Shown piece by piece: positions 58,997 to 64,000 of a stretch of DNA of 64,000 nt (positions are counted from its first letter, which is position 1; each line of letters opens with the position of its first letter). The DNA comes from an uncultured Thermoleophilaceae bacterium. Its GTDB lineage: Bacteria > Actinomycetota > Thermoleophilia > Solirubrobacterales > Thermoleophilaceae. Under the pieces are notes generated by a model. It saw nothing but the letters and a program-made list of their open reading frames with translations. It searched no databases and was not told the origin of the DNA. The DNA lies in contig CAVTEX010000005.1 in assembly GCA_963733655.1 (NCBI GenBank), positions 187,834-251,833 of the forward strand. The letters are read 5' to 3'. The translations under genes were made by a program, and so were the position numbers.

Positions 58997-60737
58997 CACT
59001 GCACTGGCCTTCCGTCCTCGTCAGGCTCGGCCGGTCGGCGCATGTAAGGATCGCCGGGACCCGTCGGGCTCGCCGGCTCGGCCGAGCCGTTGACCCCGAG
59101 CTCATCCGGGAAGTGCGCGATCAAGCTGCGGATCGGCGCGGGCATGCCGCCGCCGTGCGCGCACAGCGAGGCCAGCTCGAGCGTCTCCAGCAGCGCCTCG
59201 AGCCGGTCGCGGTCGACCGGCCCCGGGCGCTCGACCATCTCGAAGCCGCGCTGGAGCCCGATGCGGCAGGGGAAGCACTTGCCACAGCTCTCGTGGGCGC
59301 CGAACTCGAGCAGGTGACTGGCCAGCGCGCGCATGTGAGTGCGCTCGTCGAAGGCCAGGATGCTGCCGTGGCCGACCATGCAGCCCTCGGCGGCCAGCTC
59401 GTCGAAGTCGAAGGGGGTGTCGAGCTTCCACCCCGGCAGGATGCCGCCCAGCGGGCCACCGATCTGCACCGCCTTGATCTCGTGCCCGTCGCGCATGCCC
59501 CCGCCGAGCTCGTCGCAGATCCGCGCGATCGGCGTGCCGAAGCGGACCTCGTGGACCCCGGGTGAGTTGAAGCGCTCGTTGAGGCACACGAGCTTGGTGC
59601 CGGGCGTGGCCCCGGGACTGAGGGCGGCATAGGCCTCGGCCCCCTCACGCGCGACGAAGGGGACGTTGCACAGGGTCTCCACGTTGTTCACGACCGTCGG
59701 CTTGCCGTGCCAGCCGCGTTCGGCTGGGAACGGCGGCCGGGCCGAAACGGTGCCGCGCAGCCCCTGCGCCGACGCCAGCAGGGCGGTCTCCTCCCCCACC
59801 ACGTACGAGCCCGCGCCCTCCAGGACCTCGATGTCGAAGTCGAGGCCGCTGCCGTGGATGTCCGTGCCGAGGTGCCCCTCGGCGCGAGCCCGTTCGACCG
59901 CCGCCTGGAGGATCGGCAGCGAACGCGGGTACTCGGAGCGAACGAAGACGATGCCGTGGCGCGCCGCCACCGCCCAGGCCGCGAGCGCCATGCCCTCGAG
60001 CAGGAGGTCGGGGCTCTGCTCCATGAGGTACTTGTCGATGTAGGAGCCGGGGTCGCCCTCGTCGCCGTTGACCACGATCGCCTTGTCGGTACCCGGCGCC
60101 TTCGCCACGAACTCCCACTTGACCCCCGCCGGGAAGCCGGCGCCGCCGCGCCCGCGCAGGTTGGCCTCCTTGACCTCGGCCAGGAGCTGCTCGGGGCTCA
60201 GGTCGCGCAGCGCCCGCTCGAGGCCCGACCAGTCTCCGGGCTGCAGCATCACGGACTCGTCGAGCATGCTCGTGCCGCCGGGCTCGGGCGCCTCGCGAAG
60301 CGCGCCGGACACCGCGCGCTCGGCGCTCCCTCGCCGGCGTCCACCACGCCGCCCTCGCGGACCGCGGCTCCCGTGTGGCAGAAGCCCAGGCAGACCGTCT
60401 GGCCGAGCGAGACCTCGGCGTCGGGCGAGCGCTCGCCGAGGCCGAGCCCGAGGCCCGCCTCCACCTCGCGCACGTGCTCGCCGAAGTCACGGGCCCAGCA
60501 GGCCGTGCCGGTGCAGACGCAGACGTGCCGGCGTCCGCGCGGCTGCAGCAGGTCGTCGTAGAAGCTCGAGATCCCGTAGACGGTGGCCTCGGGCAGGCCC
60601 GAGACCGCAGCGGCGAGCCGGCGGTCGTCGTCCGAGATCTCGCCGCGCTCGTCCATCGCCTCCTTGAGCACGGTCAGAGCCGTGGCCGGCGCCTCTCCCT
60701 CGCGCGCGCGAAGCATCTCGATGAGGTTGCGAGACAT
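58993..60737 (-). CDS. NAD-reducing diaphorase part of formate dehydrogenase: NuoE-like 2Fe-2S domain apparently fused to a NuoF-like FMN/NAD/4Fe-4S domain (one frameshift ~60320, or two overlapping genes)
   Basis: ORF 60249..60737 (SSFYDDL...CTGTAC...CLGFCHTGAA). ORF 58993..60312 (RGRGGAGFPAGVKW...NGDEGDPGSY...ESCGKCFPCR). The two reading frames overlap by 64 nt without an obvious stop/start junction. Confidence 0.8.
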
Positions 60738-60788
60738 GCGCAGCCCGCATCATACGGGCTCTTTGAGCAAATTGGTACAGCGGAGCCG

Positions 60789-61716
60789 CTAGGCCGGCAC
60801 CGGCTCGATCCTCACGCCCGTGAGCTCCTCCGACACCTCCCAGAGCCGCCGCGCCAGCGCTTCGTCACGGGCGGTCCCGTTGGGCGCCACGGGCCTGGGA
60901 TAGCCGCGCATCTCCCCGACTCCGTCCGGTCCGATGTAGGTGCCGCCCTCGAGCCCCGAGACCGTGGCCGCGTAGAGCGTCGGTAGCGCGCCCATCTCGT
61001 CGCTCTGGGCGTAGAACCGGTTGACGGGGGCCATGAGCAGCGCGTCGACAGTGGGCGGCCCGCTCGACTGGAGGTTGGTGGCCGAGTAGCCCGGGTGGGC
61101 GGCCAGGCTCTTGACCGACGAGCCCGCCGCGCGCAGCCGCCGGTCGAGCTCGAGGGCAAACAGGAGATTCGCCAGCTTCGACTGCGCGTAGGCCCGCCAG
61201 CGGAAGTAGCGCCGCTCGCCGCCGAGGTTGTCGAACGCGATCCGCCCACCCTTGTGGGCTCCGCTCGACAGCGTGACCACGCGAGCGTCCTCGCGTCCCT
61301 CCATCTCAGGCAGCAGCAGGCCGGTGAGCGCGAAGTGCCCGAGGTGGTTCGTCCCGAACTGGAGCTCGAACCCGTCGGCGGTCTCACGCCGCGGGGTGGC
61401 CATCACGCCCGCGTTGTTGATGAGGAGGTCGATGCCGTCGTGGCGGTCCTTGATCCGCTCCGCGCACTCCCGCACGGAGCCCAGGTCGGCCAGGTCGAGC
61501 TGCTCGAGCTCGACCTCGGAGTTGGGCACCCGCTCGCTGGACCGCCCGCAGCGCCTCCTCGCCCTTTTCCTGGTTGCGGCAGGCCATCACCACCGTCGCC
61601 CCGGCACGGGCGAGCTCCCGGGCCGTGACGAGGCCGAGCCCGCTGTTTGCTCCGGTGACCACGGCGACACGGCCGCCGAGAGGAGGGATCTGCGCTGCTG
61701 TCCACTTTTCGTTCAT
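60789..61716 (-). CDS. SDR-family oxidoreductase, one apparent frameshift (~61535)
   Basis: [48 protein letters not shown] (ORF 61384..61761 from ATG 61716). Then ...LDLADLGSV...LINNAGVM...YAQSKLANL in ORF 60789..61529. Confidence 0.85.
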
Positions 61717-61781
61717 CGCAACTGGGGATTCAATCGGGTTGAGCAACCCGCATGCGGGCATAGACTCCCGTGGAGACAGCG

Positions 61782-64000
61782 GTGAGCGTCAAGGAAGCTG
61801 ACGAGGCACTGATCGAAGAGGTCTGCTCGCGCGTGCGCGAGCACCTGGCCGATGACGGTGCGCAGGACGCCGAGGCCTTCGTCCGTCAGTTCTACCGCTG
61901 GGTCTCGCCGGACGACATCGCCGAACGCGACCCGCTCGACCTCTACGGCCTGGCGGTCGGTCAGCTCGCCTTCAGCCGCCGGCGCCGGCCCGGCGAGACC
62001 AAGGTCCGCGTCTACAACCCGCAGTTCGAGACCCACGGCTGGCAGTCGACCCACACCGCCGTGGAGATCGTGACCGACGACCGGCCCTTCCTGATCGACT
62101 CGATCGGGATGGAGCTCAACCGGCGCGGCTACGGCGTCCATCTGATCATCCACCCGGTCATCGACGTTCGCCGTGACTCGGAGGGCAACCTCTCAGAGCT
62201 GCTGCCCCCGCCCACGGCCGATGGCGCCGAGGACGACCGGTCGGTCGCGGAATCGGTGATCCATGCCGAGGTCGACCGCCAGACCGACCCGGCTCGGCTC
62301 GAGGAGCTGCGGGCTCATGTGCTGCGCGTGATCGGCGAGGTCACGGCTGCCGTCGAGGACTGGCGGGCGATGCGCGGCCGTGCCCTGGAGATCGCCGCCG
62401 AGCTCGCTGAGACGCCGCCGCCCGGCCTCGACGACGAGGAGGTCGGCGAGTCGCGTGCCTTCCTCGAGTGGCTCGAGGACCACAACTTCACCTTCCTCGG
62501 CTACCGCGACTACGAGCTGGTGCACGACGACGGCGAGCTGTCCCTGCGGGCAGTGGCCGGGTCGGGCCTCGGCATCCTGCGCCAGTCGGGTGCCGAACCG
62601 CGCTCACGCTCGTTCGACAAGCTTCCCCCGGAGGTGCGCGCCCTCGCGCTGGAGCCGCACCTGCTCAACCTCACCAAGGCCAACTCGCGGGCCACCGTCC
62701 ACCGCCCGTCGTACCTCGACTACGTAGGCGTCAAGCGCTTCGACGCCGATGGCAACGTGATCGGCGAGCGGCGCTTCCTCGGGCTGTACACCCACACCGC
62801 GTACGAGTCGCACCTGCACGAGATCCCCATCCTGAGACGCACGTTCGCCTCGGTGCTCGAGCGGGCTGCGTTTCCTCACGGGAGCCACAACGAGAAGGCG
62901 CTGATCGAGCTGCTCGAGGCTCATCCACGCGACGAGCTCTTCCAGGTGTCGCCCGACGAGCTGTTCGAGACCGCGATCGGGATCCTGCACCTGGGCGAGC
63001 GGCAGCGGCTGCGCCTGTTCGTGCGCCGCGACCGCTTCGGCCGCTTCTACTCGTGTCTCGTGTTCGTGCCGCGAGACCGCTTCAACACCGAGAACCGGCG
63101 CCGCATCGAGTCGATCCTGCGCGACGTCACCGACGCCAGGGCGCTCGACTACACCACGCGCGTATCCGAGTCCGTGCTCGTGCGCCTGCACTACATGGTC
63201 TACACCGAGCCGGGGCATCGCCCGGACGTCGACGCCCGGGAGGTCGAGACCTTGCTCGTGGCCGCCACCCGCTCGTGGGCCGACGACTTCGCGCAGGCGC
63301 TGCTCGAAGAGGAGGGCGAGGAGCGCGGCACCCAGCTCTTCCGGCGCTACGGCAACGCCTTCCCCACCGCCTACCGGGCCGACTGGGTGGCGCGTTCGGC
63401 GCTCGCCGACATCCGCCACCTGGAGGAGCTGCCCGAGAGCGATGGCCTCGAGATCAGCCTCTACCGGCCGCTGGAAGCGGGGCCGGGAGTGCTCCGGGCG
63501 AAGCTCTATCGCTCGGGCAGGCCGCTCGCGCTGTCCGACGTGCTCCCGCTGTTCGAGAACATGGGCGTGCAGGTGGCCGACGAGCGGCCATACCCGATCA
63601 AGCCGCGTGACCGCGAGGCCGCCTGGATCTACGACTTCGGCCTGGTCCGCCGGGGCGACGACGACGCTGACGGCGGGCGGGTGAAGGAAGCGTTCCAGGA
63701 CGCCTTCATACGCGCCTGGCGCGGAGACGTCGAGAACGACGGCTACAACCGGCTCGTCCTCGGCGCCGGGCTGGCCTGGCGGGAGGTGACCGTCCTGCGC
63801 GCGGTGGCGCGCTACCTGCGCCAGACCGGGTCGACCTACTCAGACCGCTACGTGGAGGAAGTGCTGGCCCTCCACTGCGACATCGCGCGGATGCTGGTGG
63901 AGCTGTTCTACACCCGCTTCGGGCACGACCGGGCCGACCCGGAGGGGTCCGAGGAGGTGGCGCGGCGCATCGAGAAGGCGATCGACGCCGTCGAGAGCCT
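61782..64000 (+). CDS. large NAD-specific glutamate dehydrogenase (Bac_GDH family), N-terminal ~740 codons; runs off the window end
   Basis: Own translation from GTG 61782: [25 protein letters not shown]...[51 protein letters not shown]...[20 protein letters not shown]...[27 protein letters not shown]... The frame stays open to 64000. Not in the ORF track (no stop). Confidence 0.9.
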   Translation, partial: MSVKEADEALIEEVCSRVREHLADDGAQDAEAFVRQFYRWVSPDDIAERDPLDLYGLAVGQLAFSRRRRPGETKVRVYNPQFETHGWQSTHTAVEIVTDDRPFLIDSIGMELNRRGYGVHLIIHPVIDVRRDSEGNLSELLPPPTADGAEDDRSVAESVIHAEVDRQTDPARLEELRAHVLRVIGEVTAAVEDWRAMRGRALEIAAELAETPPPGLDDEEVGESRAFLEWLEDHNFTFLGYRDYELVHDDGELSLRAVAGSGLGILRQSGAEPRSRSFDKLPPEVRALALEPHLLNLTKANSRATVHRPSYLDYVGVKRFDADGNVIGERRFLGLYTHTAYESHLHEIPILRRTFASVLERAAFPHGSHNEKALIELLEAHPRDELFQVSPDELFETAIGILHLGERQRLRLFVRRDRFGRFYSCLVFVPRDRFNTENRRRIESILRDVTDARALDYTTRVSESVLVRLHYMVYTEPGHRPDVDAREVETLLVAATRSWADDFAQALLEEEGEERGTQLFRRYGNAFPTAYRADWVARSALADIRHLEELPESDGLEISLYRPLEAGPGVLRAKLYRSGRPLALSDVLPLFENMGVQVADERPYPIKPRDREAAWIYDFGLVRRGDDDADGGRVKEAFQDAFIRAWRGDVENDGYNRLVLGAGLAWREVTVLRAVARYLRQTGSTYSDRYVEEVLALHCDIARMLVELFYTRFGHDRADPEGSEEVARRIEKAIDAVES

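Overview
High-GC (about 70% by eye) actinobacterial-type chromosome segment. I saw no rRNA, tRNA, CRISPR array or intact mobile element, but I cannot exclude small RNAs without tools.

(1) 1-4.75 kb is a purine module: xanthine-dehydrogenase-family FAD, 2Fe-2S and Mo subunits, divergent from adenine deaminase.

(2) 4.76-17.8 kb is a mixed accessory block. It holds MarR, an animal-haem-peroxidase homologue, VOC, AraC, cupin, NmrA, DUF1772, an AHSA1-ArsR pair with tandem palindromic operators, a LysM-M15 peptidase, a TMEM175-type channel, MOSC-FNR-ferredoxin, a DHFR-like gene and DUF1428. It also holds gene debris: an MFS tail, an internally deleted arylsulfatase, and a relic copy of the rne 3' end.

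(3) 17.9-41.8 kb, all on the minus strand, is the classical actinobacterial backbone tig-clpP-clpX ... valS-folC-ndk-maf-mreB-mreC-mreD-pbp2-rodA-rne. It carries insertions:
- a lipoprotein gene on the opposite strand between clpP and clpX;
- a GNAT plus a zinc-ribbon membrane protein between folC and ndk;
- a ~4.8 kb module between clpX and valS.

The clpX|valS module is the best candidate for an undescribed system. It contains an HExxH mini-protein, a ~700-aa secreted protein with about 30 acidic 11-residue repeats and a C-terminal anchor, a peptidoglycan-binding/transmembrane/catalytically dead serine-recombinase fusion, and an MBL hydrolase.

(4) 41.9-64 kb holds an M14-amidase fusion, RNase D, two hypotheticals, a carboxyltransferase, DUF1800-DUF1501-cupredoxin, a SnoaL-like gene, a ring-cleaving dioxygenase, an amidohydrolase, two convergent HATPase anti-sigma-like genes, an NAD-type formate dehydrogenase cluster with fdhD, an SDR, and the start of a large NAD-glutamate dehydrogenase.

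Caveat: from ~18.3 kb onward I count on the order of 50 apparent frameshifts, including in essential genes such as valS. The first 18 kb is essentially clean. Sequence error is the most economical explanation. Coordinates of frameshifted genes and of the shift points are approximate (about +/-15 nt).
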